A DNA stretch of 45,394 nt from an uncultured Oscillospiraceae bacterium (GCA_964596445.1 CAZQUQ010000002.1:5848-51241), one strand, 5' to 3'. Shown: positions 1-8,793, counted from the first letter of the stretch. A program made the numbers and translations. Notes: a model not told the origin generated them from the sequence alone.

Positions 1-442
1 CAGCCTGCTCGTTCCATTCTTTGCCGATACCTGAAGCTTTGGTCATTCCGTAGTCGGTCTTCAGTTCCTGCTTTGTCTTGTAGACAGTATCCAGCGGTGT
101 GGTGATCTTGCCTGCTGCAGAGAAATTGATCTTGGTCTGTGCAGCATCGATCACGCAATTGGTGATCTTGCCCTGTGAGTCTACAGTGACTGCTACTACA
201 GTCGAATCCACCTGTGCAAGTCCATCATTCTCGCCTGCATCTTTGGATTTGTCGACCGATGAGATGACTGCAAGGCCTGTCTTAAGTGCGTCTCCGGCCA
301 CAGTTCCGCCCTGGCCGCCATCTGTTTTGCCTCCGCCGGCCGTATCATTCTGACCGGGTGTTTCATTCGAGCCTTTACCGCATGCAGCTAGCATAGTTAT
401 TGCTAAAGCAAGGCTCAGGATCAGTGCAATGATTTTTTTCAT
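1..442 (-). CDS. Lipoprotein, N-terminal part only (gene runs off the left edge); probable extracytoplasmic FMN-binding-domain (PplA-like) protein
   Basis: Own translation of the minus strand from ATG (442-440), preceded by GGAGGAG: MKKIIALILSLALAITMLAAC GKGSNETPGQNDTAGGGKTDGGQGG...VAVTVDSQGKITNCVIDAAQTKINF...KTDYGMTKASGIGKEWNEQA. It has a signal peptide with lipobox LAAC, a Gly/Thr linker, then a segment resembling FMN_bind domains. It is absent from the ORF track because no stop lies in the window. Confidence 0.6.
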   Translation of the reverse strand, partial: MKKIIALILSLALAITMLAACGKGSNETPGQNDTAGGGKTDGGQGGTVAGDALKTGLAVISSVDKSKDAGENDGLAQVDSTVVAVTVDSQGKITNCVIDAAQTKINFSAAGKITTPLDTVYKTKQELKTDYGMTKASGIGKEWNEQA

Positions 443-471
443 AAAAAGCTCCTCCATTTATATATTTTTTA

Positions 472-1032
472 TTAAGCCAGCCTTTTGAAGGCCGGTATAA
501 TAAACCTCAGCAACGTGGCCGTAATAATGCCTGCCACCACGCCTGATATGAGCAGTGCAGGCAGATACGCCAGCAAATACATCCCCGTATAGATAAACGA
601 TATTGCAATGAACTGCCCCAGATTGTGGGCAACAGCTCCAGAAATACTTATTATCATATATGAAGCCTTTTTCTTAAAAGCCACCATTATCAAAAGCATT
701 ACCGTCAGTGATAGTATGCCACCTGTAAGGCTCAGTATTCCGGCAATCAGTCCTCTTGTAACAGCAACAAACAGTCCCTTCAGTACTGCGATCGAGTATG
801 CCTGCCCCTTTGCAAGGAAGAAAAGCGCATACATTACTGCAATATTTGACAGACCGAACTTGACTCCCGGAACCGGAAGAGGAAGCGCCGGCAATGAATT
901 TTCAATGACAGCAAGGATCAATGCAAGTGCAAATATCAGTCCGGTCAGCACCAGGCTCTTAGTCTTGCCGGAGCTTGATTGCTGCCGGTCGCTCCCAATT
1001 ATACTGTCTTTATACTTTCCCATTCCTGCCAT
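472..1032 (-). CDS. Gx transporter family membrane protein (family historically annotated 'heptaprenyl diphosphate synthase component I'); candidate EetB-type component
   Basis: 186-aa polytopic membrane ORF. The motif IENSLPALPLPVPGVKFGLSNIAVMYALF is typical of this family. It lies 29 nt upstream of the lipoprotein gene and 15 nt downstream of the NusG-II gene. Confidence 0.75.
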   Translation of the reverse strand: MAGMGKYKDSIIGSDRQQSSSGKTKSLVLTGLIFALALILAVIENSLPALPLPVPGVKFGLSNIAVMYALFFLAKGQAYSIAVLKGLFVAVTRGLIAGILSLTGGILSLTVMLLIMVAFKKKASYMIISISGAVAHNLGQFIAISFIYTGMYLLAYLPALLISGVVAGIITATLLRFIIPAFKRLA

Positions 1033-1047
1033 TACTCCCGTTAATGC

Positions 1048-1449
1048 CTATTTACCCCTGCTTCCTACCACAATATCGGGGTCATCCTCATTCCATCCGT
1101 CCGCGGGTACGATCTTCCCCACTATCCCATTAGGAAGGCATGCCGCACTTTGTCCCGCCAGATGTATCTTTCCTGTCTTTATGCATATCTTATCCGGACA
1201 GTCGGAATCTATAAACCTGATATTTCCTTCACCGTCTATATGTAAAACCACATCGCTGTCCTGCGGGATCGAAAATGTCTTTTCCTGCCCGGCATTGAGA
1301 TCCGCCGTCATAACAAGCGACGAATAGTAATAGATCTCGGCCCTTACAGCCCTGCCCTTCGCCGTATTGCTGTATATCAGCCATAACAGCAGCGCTGCTG
1401 CAATGATCCCCGTTATTATCAGGATGTCGGTTTTTTTGAAGAATTTCAT
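1048..1449 (-). CDS. NusG domain II-containing (DUF1312-type) single-pass membrane protein; candidate EetA-type component
   Basis: ORF 1048..1473. The likely start is the internal ATG at 1449 (MKFFKKTDILIITGIIAAALLL...). There is an N-terminal TM helix followed by a beta-rich domain containing DSDCPDKICIKTGKI...AACLPNGIV, typical of NusG_II proteins. Confidence 0.7.
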   Translation of the reverse strand: MKFFKKTDILIITGIIAAALLLWLIYSNTAKGRAVRAEIYYYSSLVMTADLNAGQEKTFSIPQDSDVVLHIDGEGNIRFIDSDCPDKICIKTGKIHLAGQSAACLPNGIVGKIVPADGWNEDDPDIVVGSRGK

Positions 1450-1494
1450 ATGATATTTACCCGCATGATACATTAATAAACAACTACACCTGTG

Positions 1495-2394
1495 CTATAC
1501 AACAGCGCCTATAAATACCAGAAGCGAAAGCGCACCCATAATTATAATGTAGTTTTTGATCGAGGTAATGAATGTAACGGCCTTATCCTGACGTTTCATG
1601 AATGTATTGATATTGCGCTGGACCAAAATGATCGTCGGCAGGAATAACAGGCAAACAGGCGGCAGGATCTTCAGCAGCACCATTACGACAACAGCGAAAT
1701 AAGGTGCATAGTAAAGCGCAGCGAACAGATACAGCGCTTTCTTCCCTAAATAATAAGGCAGTGTATACCTTTTTACCGCCACATCCTTTTCTACGTCGCA
1801 GATATTGTTCGCCAGCATGATATTCGCAGTCGTACAGACCGGCGGCACCGACAGCAGCAGGACTTCCGCAAGGGGCATGATCTGAAAACCGATGCTGATC
1901 CTTTCCCAGTCAGCTGCAAAGGTCAGGTACGTGCCTTCCGGCATGTTTATGTAAAGCAGCAGGAACGGGATGAACAGTCCGTAAAACACGCCGGACATTA
2001 CCTCACCCAAAGGCTGTCTCGAAATCGGGACCGGTCCCCAGGTATAGAGAATACCTGTCATAAAGCATACTGCTCCAAGCAGGAGCACGGCCACGTCAGT
2101 CAGATAAACAAGATAAAGGCCCAGGGCCGTACTTATGCCGAACAGCACATAAATAATGATCAACGCTGTCCTTCTCTTGAACTGCAGCACCTGTTCATTC
2201 GTTTTAGTATCGATATAATTGTTTATGGCAGTGGTCGTAAGATCGAATATAAACATCGAACCGAAGAAAACCGCAGTCCTCAGCCAGTCTATCCTCTGAT
2301 CCTTATACAGTATGAATGCTATTGTCAGTAAAAATGCAAATGTGCTCGTTATTTTCGTTTTGATCTCAATGTAGCTTAAAAAACGCTTTATCAT
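1495..2394 (-). CDS. UbiA-family polyprenyltransferase (MenA/DmkA-like 1,4-dihydroxy-2-naphthoate prenyltransferase)
   Basis: Polytopic membrane ORF with Asp-rich motifs NNYIDTKTN and NNICDVEKD. The likely start is the ATG at 2394 (MIKRFLSYIEIK), preceded by GAGGA; the ORF track extends to 2427. Confidence 0.8.
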   Translation of the reverse strand: MIKRFLSYIEIKTKITSTFAFLLTIAFILYKDQRIDWLRTAVFFGSMFIFDLTTTAINNYIDTKTNEQVLQFKRRTALIIIYVLFGISTALGLYLVYLTDVAVLLLGAVCFMTGILYTWGPVPISRQPLGEVMSGVFYGLFIPFLLLYINMPEGTYLTFAADWERISIGFQIMPLAEVLLLSVPPVCTTANIMLANNICDVEKDVAVKRYTLPYYLGKKALYLFAALYYAPYFAVVVMVLLKILPPVCLLFLPTIILVQRNINTFMKRQDKAVTFITSIKNYIIIMGALSLLVFIGAVV

Positions 2395-2440
2395 AAGATC
2401 CTCATTCACCTTCAAATCCAACTGCAATATCGCTGCCCGT

Positions 2441-3445
2441 TCAGAATACCCTGAACGCCTTGTTCAGTATATCTGTCAGGTTTTTACGCTTTCCCTCTGT
2501 GATATCAAGCTTATCCAAAAGCCTGATGTATTTGCTGTAATATTTCTTCGCCACCAGCCTTGTAAAGCTGACACCGCCTGCCTCCAAAACCGCCCTGCCC
2601 AGCTCTTCACCGGTCAGCTCATTTCTTGCGGCCCGTTCCTTCAGCTCGGAATGCTTCTGGAACGTCTTTATTATCGGAAGCGTCACTACATCCTTCTCAA
2701 AATCGGACTGTACGGGCTTTTGGGCAACGCTTTCAGTCGCCTCGAAGTCCATGCAGTCATCGATCAGCTGAAACAGCATTCCAAGACACCGGCCCATCTT
2801 CTTGTAATGCTTGATATCCTCACGCCTGCATCCGGACATGACTGCTCCCGCATAGAACGATGCCTCGAACAGTGCTGCAGTCTTCCCCGATATTATCTTC
2901 AGATACTTATAGACCGAAAGATCGTAATTGCCGTTGTTTATATGCTGGTTCAGCTCACCTGCGCATACTCTTCCGACATAATCGGGAATGTCGATCTCAA
3001 GATAATCCTTCTTGTTTCCGATGGATGCCGCCATACGGAGCGCTGCACAAAAAAGATAATCGCCGCATATTACCGCCGTTCTCTTGCCGAACATTTTCTG
3101 CAGCGTCGGCAGGCCTCTTCTGATATCTGCATCATCTATAACGTCATCGTGAACAAGTGTGGCAAGATGCAGGATCTCAACAGCGGCTGCCAGTTTCACT
3201 GCATCGATATCTATAAGGCCGTCTTTGTTCACAGCACAGTTCAGCAGTGAGACAGCCCGTATGAATTTCCCCTTTGTCGATGCCAGATGGCTGGTATATG
3301 TCCTGACGATTGCGGGAGAAGCAGCAAGAGCCTTGTCCACCTCTTCCTGTGCAAGCGAAAGGGCGCTTATCAGATCAGTATATTTTTTCCCTTCCGGCAC
3401 GCCGCCGCCAGGTGTTATTCTATTTTCTGAAATGACATCAGTCAT
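2441..3445 (-). CDS. trans-Polyprenyl diphosphate synthase (HepT/DmkB-like)
   Basis: 334 aa with both Asp-rich motifs (LVHDDVIDDADIRRG and FQLIDDCMDF). The start overlaps the ndh2 stop by 8 nt, suggesting translational coupling. Confidence 0.9.
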   Translation of the reverse strand: MTDVISENRITPGGGVPEGKKYTDLISALSLAQEEVDKALAASPAIVRTYTSHLASTKGKFIRAVSLLNCAVNKDGLIDIDAVKLAAAVEILHLATLVHDDVIDDADIRRGLPTLQKMFGKRTAVICGDYLFCAALRMAASIGNKKDYLEIDIPDYVGRVCAGELNQHINNGNYDLSVYKYLKIISGKTAALFEASFYAGAVMSGCRREDIKHYKKMGRCLGMLFQLIDDCMDFEATESVAQKPVQSDFEKDVVTLPIIKTFQKHSELKERAARNELTGEELGRAVLEAGGVSFTRLVAKKYYSKYIRLLDKLDITEGKRKNLTDILNKAFRVF

Positions 3446-5513
3446 GATACATATACCACTTTCTAGCCCATCTTACTTTCTTCCACTTTCCTTTCAGCGC
3501 AGGCATTGCATAATAGTCAAGGCCCAACGTCCTGCCTGCTGCTACGAGCAGCGCTATTCCGGCAAAGACCATCCAGAATGTGGACAGATAAAGTCCGGTC
3601 GTTGTCACGAACATCGCCTGAAGTATCAGAGACGCGGCTGAGGCCGGAGTAGTGAACAAGCCTCCTATAAGCGCCAGACCGATCAATATCTCCGCAGCAA
3701 CGATGAAAATCTGCATGATCAACTGTACCGTATCATTTGGAAGTATCAAATTATCAATAAACGAATTGACCAGCGGGACATCGAGCTTGAAGGCATAATC
3801 GCTTATGGTCGCATGTGCCGGATCTTTCCCGCTGACAAATATCGCTCTGAACAAACCTAAAAAGTCAAAATTCAAAATTGCAGTCCCGACTGACTTCACA
3901 GCCTCCACCGCACCTTCTGCCGCTGCAGTTGCCGAACTTGCCGCATCTGCCGCCGCACCGGTTGCCGAGCTCACTGCATCTGCAACTCCAGCTGCCGCAC
4001 TCTGTACTGCTCCGGTAGCTGCACTGGCCGCATCTGCCGCCGTCGCTCCGCTGGTCCCATCCGAAGCACCGCCGTTCAGGATGCTGTCGTACCACTGATT
4101 AGCCCCTTTGAAGAAGCCATTGAGCTTTGGCGAAACAAACCAGCCTTCAATGATCTTCTTGATGCCTTCAAACACCCATACGGCACCAAGCCATACTCTC
4201 AGCGGCATCAGCAGAAAACTCGGAGTCCTGTTGGACAGATGTCCTCCCACAAAACTCCTGCGGTTCCTTATCGTGAAGAACTCATGCTTCAGATAGCTGA
4301 ATATCTTGTTCCAGCCCAGTACCTGTACAAAATACACTATATTGATGAAATGCTTCGAGAACATCGCCAGGAATGAAGGAAGACTGAACATCATATTCGG
4401 CAGGCCTACGTGTGCAACGCCGTAACGGCCTCCGATACTGACCATGATACCATGGAACTTCGGCTTGTACTCTTCCATTTCGCCCTTGCCCGTAATTGCA
4501 CAGCATATATTATGAGCCACTATGTCAGCGCTCTGCTCGCAGTTCTCGACTACCTGGGGCACCGGATGTTCTTCTCCCTCGGGAGTATAAAGCATATTGT
4601 CACCTGCGACATAAACATGGTCATTATCCACCGAACGCAGATATTTATCCAGGCTGATACGGCCTCTGTTTGCCGATTTGAGTACCTTTGCAGCCTCCGA
4701 GGTGATATCGGACGCTTCAATACCGGCTGCCCATATTACAGTTCCGGATTTCTCACGGATCACATTTCCGTTAGTTTCTATTTCGATGAAATCGCTTCCG
4801 ATCGCCTTAACGTTGGTTTTCAGCATTACCCTTACGCCCATCTTGTTCAGGCGCTTTTCAACCTTTGCCGACAGCTTCTCGGGAAGCACCGGTACTGTGC
4901 GCGGCAGCACATCTATATCTGCTATGGTGACGAGTTCTCTGTCTATCTCAAATTCTTCACAGAGTATCGGGACATATTCTGCCAGTTCGCCAGCCATTTC
5001 GACGCCAGTAAAGCCTGCTCCTACGACATGGAACGACAGCAGTCTCTTCTTCTCTTCAAAGTTCCGCTCATGTGCAGCTTTTCTGAACGAGTTCCGAATG
5101 TGTTCCCTCAGGATGACAGCATCTTCATAGCTCCAGAGCTTGAATGCGTGTTCCGCCGCCCCGACCACGCCAAAATAGGTCGGCTTCGAGCCTGCGCAAA
5201 GCACCAGATAATCATACTGATAAGTCTGACTCTCACCTGTGACCGTCTTTTTCTCAAAGTCGACGGATGTCACCTTATCCAGCTTCACATCGACTCTTCT
5301 GCCTGCGAATATCTTCTTCAGGCTCATTTTTATGCTGTCTTCCTCCACACGGCCGGCTGCAACTTCGTGAAGCTCTGTCAGCATCGTATGGAAAGGATTT
5401 TTATCAATAATAGTAATACTTACATCTTTACTTTTCCTAAATTTCTTCTCCAGCTTCTTGGCAGTCAAAACACCGGCATAGCCGGCTCCAATTATTACTA
5501 TTTTCGTCTCCAT
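3438..5513 (-). CDS. ndh: Type II NADH:quinone oxidoreductase (NDH-2) fused to a C-terminal multi-helix membrane domain
   Basis: Two Rossmann motifs (IVIIGAGYAG and HVVGAGFTGVE) lie in the N-terminal ~430 aa. The C-terminal ~260 aa contain several hydrophobic helices (DoxX-like appearance) interrupted by an Ala/Ser/Gly low-complexity stretch. AGGAG sits 6 nt before the ATG at 5513; the ORF track starts two codons earlier at 5519. Confidence 0.85.
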   Translation of the reverse strand: METKIVIIGAGYAGVLTAKKLEKKFRKSKDVSITIIDKNPFHTMLTELHEVAAGRVEEDSIKMSLKKIFAGRRVDVKLDKVTSVDFEKKTVTGESQTYQYDYLVLCAGSKPTYFGVVGAAEHAFKLWSYEDAVILREHIRNSFRKAAHERNFEEKKRLLSFHVVGAGFTGVEMAGELAEYVPILCEEFEIDRELVTIADIDVLPRTVPVLPEKLSAKVEKRLNKMGVRVMLKTNVKAIGSDFIEIETNGNVIREKSGTVIWAAGIEASDITSEAAKVLKSANRGRISLDKYLRSVDNDHVYVAGDNMLYTPEGEEHPVPQVVENCEQSADIVAHNICCAITGKGEMEEYKPKFHGIMVSIGGRYGVAHVGLPNMMFSLPSFLAMFSKHFINIVYFVQVLGWNKIFSYLKHEFFTIRNRRSFVGGHLSNRTPSFLLMPLRVWLGAVWVFEGIKKIIEGWFVSPKLNGFFKGANQWYDSILNGGASDGTSGATAADAASAATGAVQSAAAGVADAVSSATGAAADAASSATAAAEGAVEAVKSVGTAILNFDFLGLFRAIFVSGKDPAHATISDYAFKLDVPLVNSFIDNLILPNDTVQLIMQIFIVAAEILIGLALIGGLFTTPASAASLILQAMFVTTTGLYLSTFWMVFAGIALLVAAGRTLGLDYYAMPALKGKWKKVRWARKWYMYHD

Positions 5514-5538
5514 AGCCATCTCCTGTGCTCAAAAAATT

Positions 5539-5570
5539 CAATAATATTGTCGCAGATGCGAATATTATTG
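5539..5570. promoter_or_regulatory. AT-rich palindrome (candidate operator or leader hairpin) overlapping the ndh2 promoter
   Basis: CAATAATATT gtcgcagatgcg AATATTATTG: perfect 10-bp arms with a partly self-complementary centre (tcgc/gcga). On the minus strand it is followed by AATTTTTT. Confidence 0.5.
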
Positions 5571-5574
5571 TCAA
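5546..5574 (-). promoter_or_regulatory. Putative sigma-A promoter of the ndh2 operon
   Basis: Minus strand reads TTGACA (5574-5569), a 17-nt spacer, then GACAAT (5551-5546), about 30 nt upstream of the ndh2 start. The -10 element is weak. Confidence 0.35.
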
Positions 5575-5691
5575 CCAATTAACGAAATAAAATTTAAATA
5601 TCGTAATATTTAAATAATTTGTTAAACTATTAACTATTTAGAACTACTAATTACATTCCCAGTATAATCAGTTTTAAACACTTCTATAACT

Positions 5692-5767
5692 AAAAACACG
5701 ACAGGGGACGGTTCTGAGTCCCGGCTGAAACTTTGGCAGCAGCCCAGGACGCTGAACCATCCCCTGT
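5692..5767 (-). terminator. Rho-independent terminator downstream of glyQS
   Basis: Arms 5701-5714 (acaggggacggttc) and 5754-5767 (gaaccatcccctgt) pair over 14 bp. The single mismatch is a G-U wobble only on the minus-strand RNA. The loop has a further internal stem, and a U-run follows on the minus strand (plus-strand AAAAA at 5692-5696). Confidence 0.65.
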
Positions 5768-5787
5768 CTTTTACTCACTGGGGTATA

Positions 5788-7176
5788 TCAAAAATCGAAT
5801 TTGCCTGCGAAGTAATCGTCCAGTTCGTCTATCCTTACCCTGACCTGTTCCATCGTATCTCTGTCCCTGACGGTGACGCTTGCATCTTCCAGAGAATCGA
5901 AGTCAAAGGTGACACAGTAAGGCGTGCCTATTTCGTCCTGCCTTCTGTAGCGTTTGCCGATGCTGCCTGTCTCGTCATATTCACATACATACTTGCGTAT
6001 CAGTTGCTCATATACCTTGAAGGCATCATCCCCGAGCTTCTTTGATAGCGGCAGTATCGCTATCTTGACAGGAGCGATCGCAGGATGGAAGCGCAGCACC
6101 GTCCTCACATCACCTTCAGCCACTTCCTCCTCGTCATACGCTTCGCACAGGAATGCCAGTGTGACTCTGTCAGCGCCAAGCGATGGCTCTATGCAGTACG
6201 GGATATACTTTTCATTGGTCACGGGATCGAAATATGACAGGTCGTCCTTTGAATGCTCCATATGCTGCTTCAGGTGGAAATCGGTCCTGTCTGCTATGCC
6301 CCACAGTTCGCCCCATCCGAACGGGAACCTGTACTCTATGTCTGTGGTAGCATTGCTGTAGTGGGACAGCTCTTCCTTCGAGTGATCCCTGAGCTTCAGA
6401 TTGTCCTTCGACAGTCCGTAATTCAGCAGCCAGTTGTAGCAGAAATCCTTCCAGTAAGCAAACCATTCAAGATCGGTGCCGGGCTTGCAGAAGAATTCCA
6501 GTTCCATCTGCTCGAATTCGCGGATCCTGAAAATAAAGTTGCCGGGTGTGATCTCATTTCTGAACGATTTGCCTATCTGTCCGATACCAAACGGTATCTT
6601 CCTGCGGGTGGTCCTCTGTACGTTCTTGAAATTGACGAATATGCCCTGCGCAGTTTCGGGCCTTAAATATATCTCGGCTTTCGAATCTTCTGTAACACCC
6701 TGGAACGTCTTGAACATCAGGTTGAACTTGCGTATGTCGGTAAAGTTGGCTGAACCGCAGTCGGGGCATTTCACACCCTTTTGCTTTATGTATTCCATCA
6801 GCTGTTCATTCTTCCAGCCGTCCACCGCCATAGTGATGCCGTTTTCCTGGTTCCAGTCCTCTATCAGCTTGTCGGCTCTGTGTCTTGTCTTGCAGTCCCT
6901 GCAGTCGATCAGCGGATCGCTGAAGCCGCCGACATGCCCTGATGCCACCCATACCTGGGGGTTCATCAGTATGGCGCAGTCAACGCCTACATTATGGACA
7001 TTTTCCTGGACGAACTTCTTCCACCAGGCTTTTTTCACATTATTTTTCAGTTCAACGCCCAGCGGGCCGTAATCCCACGCATTGGCAAGTCCGCCGTATA
7101 TTTCGGAGCCGGGATATACGAAGCCTCTGTTTTTCGACAGGGCAACGATTTTTTCCATGGATTTTTCCGTTAACAT
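5788..7176 (-). CDS. glyQS: Glycine--tRNA ligase (single-chain class II form)
   Basis: 462 aa. The N-terminus ...[31 protein letters not shown] is diagnostic. GGAGG lies 6 nt before the ATG. Confidence 0.95.
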   Translation of the reverse strand: MLTEKSMEKIVALSKNRGFVYPGSEIYGGLANAWDYGPLGVELKNNVKKAWWKKFVQENVHNVGVDCAILMNPQVWVASGHVGGFSDPLIDCRDCKTRHRADKLIEDWNQENGITMAVDGWKNEQLMEYIKQKGVKCPDCGSANFTDIRKFNLMFKTFQGVTEDSKAEIYLRPETAQGIFVNFKNVQRTTRRKIPFGIGQIGKSFRNEITPGNFIFRIREFEQMELEFFCKPGTDLEWFAYWKDFCYNWLLNYGLSKDNLKLRDHSKEELSHYSNATTDIEYRFPFGWGELWGIADRTDFHLKQHMEHSKDDLSYFDPVTNEKYIPYCIEPSLGADRVTLAFLCEAYDEEEVAEGDVRTVLRFHPAIAPVKIAILPLSKKLGDDAFKVYEQLIRKYVCEYDETGSIGKRYRRQDEIGTPYCVTFDFDSLEDASVTVRDRDTMEQVRVRIDELDDYFAGKFDF

Positions 7177-7194
7177 CTGATGCCTCCATTATGA

Positions 7195-8430
7195 TCATTT
7201 ATTTTTACTTTCGCCCGCAATGCTGCGCATCTCCGCTGCAATGCCGCGTATCTCGTCCAATATCCTGTGGGCGGCCTCCAGCTTGCTCATCAGCGGCAGA
7301 TCCGTGACCGACCCGTCCTTCTTTATAATCCTGATTATATTGGTATCGGTACCGAAGCCCGCGCCTTCCATCGTAACATCATTTGCCACGATCAGATCAA
7401 GGTTTTTCTCCTTAAGCTTCTTTACGGCATTTTCCGTCAGATGGTCAGTTTCGGCGCAAAAGCCGGCCAGTATCGCACTGCCCTTTATTTTGCCCAGTTC
7501 CTTAAGTATATCCGGATTTCTCTCCAGCTTCAATACCAACTCATCGTCGTTCTTCTTCAGCTTCAGTCCCGATATCTCGGATGCCCGGTAGTCGGCGACA
7601 GCAGCTGCCATTATAACGGCATCGCAATCCGGGAAATGTTTCATCACAGCCTCATACATCTGCTGTGCGGTAACCACGTCTATTGCTTCGGCACCATCGG
7701 GCTTATCCAGCGACACAGGCCCGGATATCAAAAGTACATCGGCTCCGCGTTCGACTGCCGCCTGTGCTGCGGCATATCCCATCTTTCCCGAGGAGTAGTT
7801 GGAAATATATCGCACCGGGTCGATGTTCTCCCTGGTCGGGCCTGCAGTGACCATGATCTTCATGCCCTCCAGATCCCTTTTCGGCTTGAGTATGGCCGCC
7901 GCAGTCTCAACGATAACCTTCGGCTCCGGCAGTCTTCCCTTTCCGGAAGAACCCTCTGCCATCACGCCGGTATCAGGTTCCATGAACATATAGCCCATAG
8001 CCTTTAGTTTTTCGATGTTCTGCTGAACGATCCCATTGGAATACATGTTGTAGTTCATTGCAGGCACTATGAGTACCGGCGCTTTTGTTGCTGCAACGGT
8101 CGTGGTCAGCATATCATCGGCAATGCCTGAAGCCAGCTTTCCAATTATGTTGGCTGTGGCCGGTGCAATGATAAAAAGGTCTGCCCTGGCAGCCAGTGAA
8201 ATGTGCTTTATATCCCAATGTTCAGGCTCTTTGAACATATCAGTCACAACAGGATTATGCGACAGCGATCTGAATGTCAAAGGCGTTACAAACTCCTGCG
8301 CATGGGCGGTCATGATGACATTGACGTCAGCTCCCAGCTTCCTGAGCCTGCTTGTGACCTCCACGACCTTGTATGCCGCAATCCCGCCGCAAACACCGAC
8401 TACGACGGTCTTACCCTTCAATATCATCAT
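7195..8430 (-). CDS. coaBC: Bifunctional phosphopantothenoylcysteine decarboxylase / phosphopantothenate--cysteine ligase
   Basis: A flavoprotein N-terminal domain (KTVVVGVCGGIAAYK) is followed by a DFP/CoaB domain. The preferred start is the ATG at 8430, after AGGAGG (gaaAGGAGGcatcATG); the ORF track extends to 8469. Confidence 0.93.
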   Translation of the reverse strand: MMILKGKTVVVGVCGGIAAYKVVEVTSRLRKLGADVNVIMTAHAQEFVTPLTFRSLSHNPVVTDMFKEPEHWDIKHISLAARADLFIIAPATANIIGKLASGIADDMLTTTVAATKAPVLIVPAMNYNMYSNGIVQQNIEKLKAMGYMFMEPDTGVMAEGSSGKGRLPEPKVIVETAAAILKPKRDLEGMKIMVTAGPTRENIDPVRYISNYSSGKMGYAAAQAAVERGADVLLISGPVSLDKPDGAEAIDVVTAQQMYEAVMKHFPDCDAVIMAAAVADYRASEISGLKLKKNDDELVLKLERNPDILKELGKIKGSAILAGFCAETDHLTENAVKKLKEKNLDLIVANDVTMEGAGFGTDTNIIRIIKKDGSVTDLPLMSKLEAAHRILDEIRGIAAEMRSIAGESKNK

Positions 8431-8467
8431 GATGCCTCCTTTCATGATATGCTTGATATTATACTGC

Positions 8468-8501
8468 AAAAAGGTTAAGGCAGAATGATGAAACCTTAAC
8501 C
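8468..8501 (-). terminator. Rho-independent terminator after rpoZ
   Basis: On the minus strand, GGTTAAGG (8501-8494) pairs with CCTTAACC (8480-8473) across a 13-nt loop and is followed by TTTTT. Confidence 0.6.
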
Positions 8502-8550
8502 CCGTCTCTCCCGATATATTACTGCAGCAGCTTTTGCGTTCATTCGGCGA

Positions 8551-8757
8551 TTACTTGATGCCGCTCTTTGTTCTGATATACGTGATCTTGTCTTCGTTGA
8601 TCTCGTTCAGCGCTACCGTCACCGGCTTCTCAGACGCACATCTGGTAAGCTTGTGAGCACCGTCGGACAATTGTCTTGCCCTTTTCGCAGTCGCAACTAC
8701 CAGCGTGTACCTGCTGTCTACCTTCTCCAACAGTGAACTGAGTGGCGGATATATCAT
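8551..8757 (-). CDS. rpoZ: DNA-directed RNA polymerase subunit omega
   Basis: 68 aa; MIYPPLSSLLEKVDSRYTLVVATAKRARQL is a typical RpoZ N-terminus. Confidence 0.9.
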   Translation of the reverse strand: MIYPPLSSLLEKVDSRYTLVVATAKRARQLSDGAHKLTRCASEKPVTVALNEINEDKITYIRTKSGIK

Positions 8758-8793
8758 GTATCAGACCTCCTTTGAAAGTCATGCTTGTAAGCT

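Noticed and set aside
99-353. A plus-strand 84-aa ORF at the left edge.
   Set aside because: It is antisense to the lipoprotein gene, which has a clear RBS, signal peptide and lipobox. The translation is Pro/Ser/Thr-rich noise.
4410-5582. A long plus-strand ORF (390 aa), with similar long antisense ORFs at 12947-13777, 22435-23424, 25990-27132, 29536-30474 and 36866-37672.
   Set aside because: Each lies entirely antisense to a confidently identified minus-strand gene (ndh2, dnaK, spoIIP, the activase fusion, aspS, apt/recJ). They have low-complexity or Cys/His/Arg-rich, unprotein-like translations and no RBS. They are shadow ORFs.
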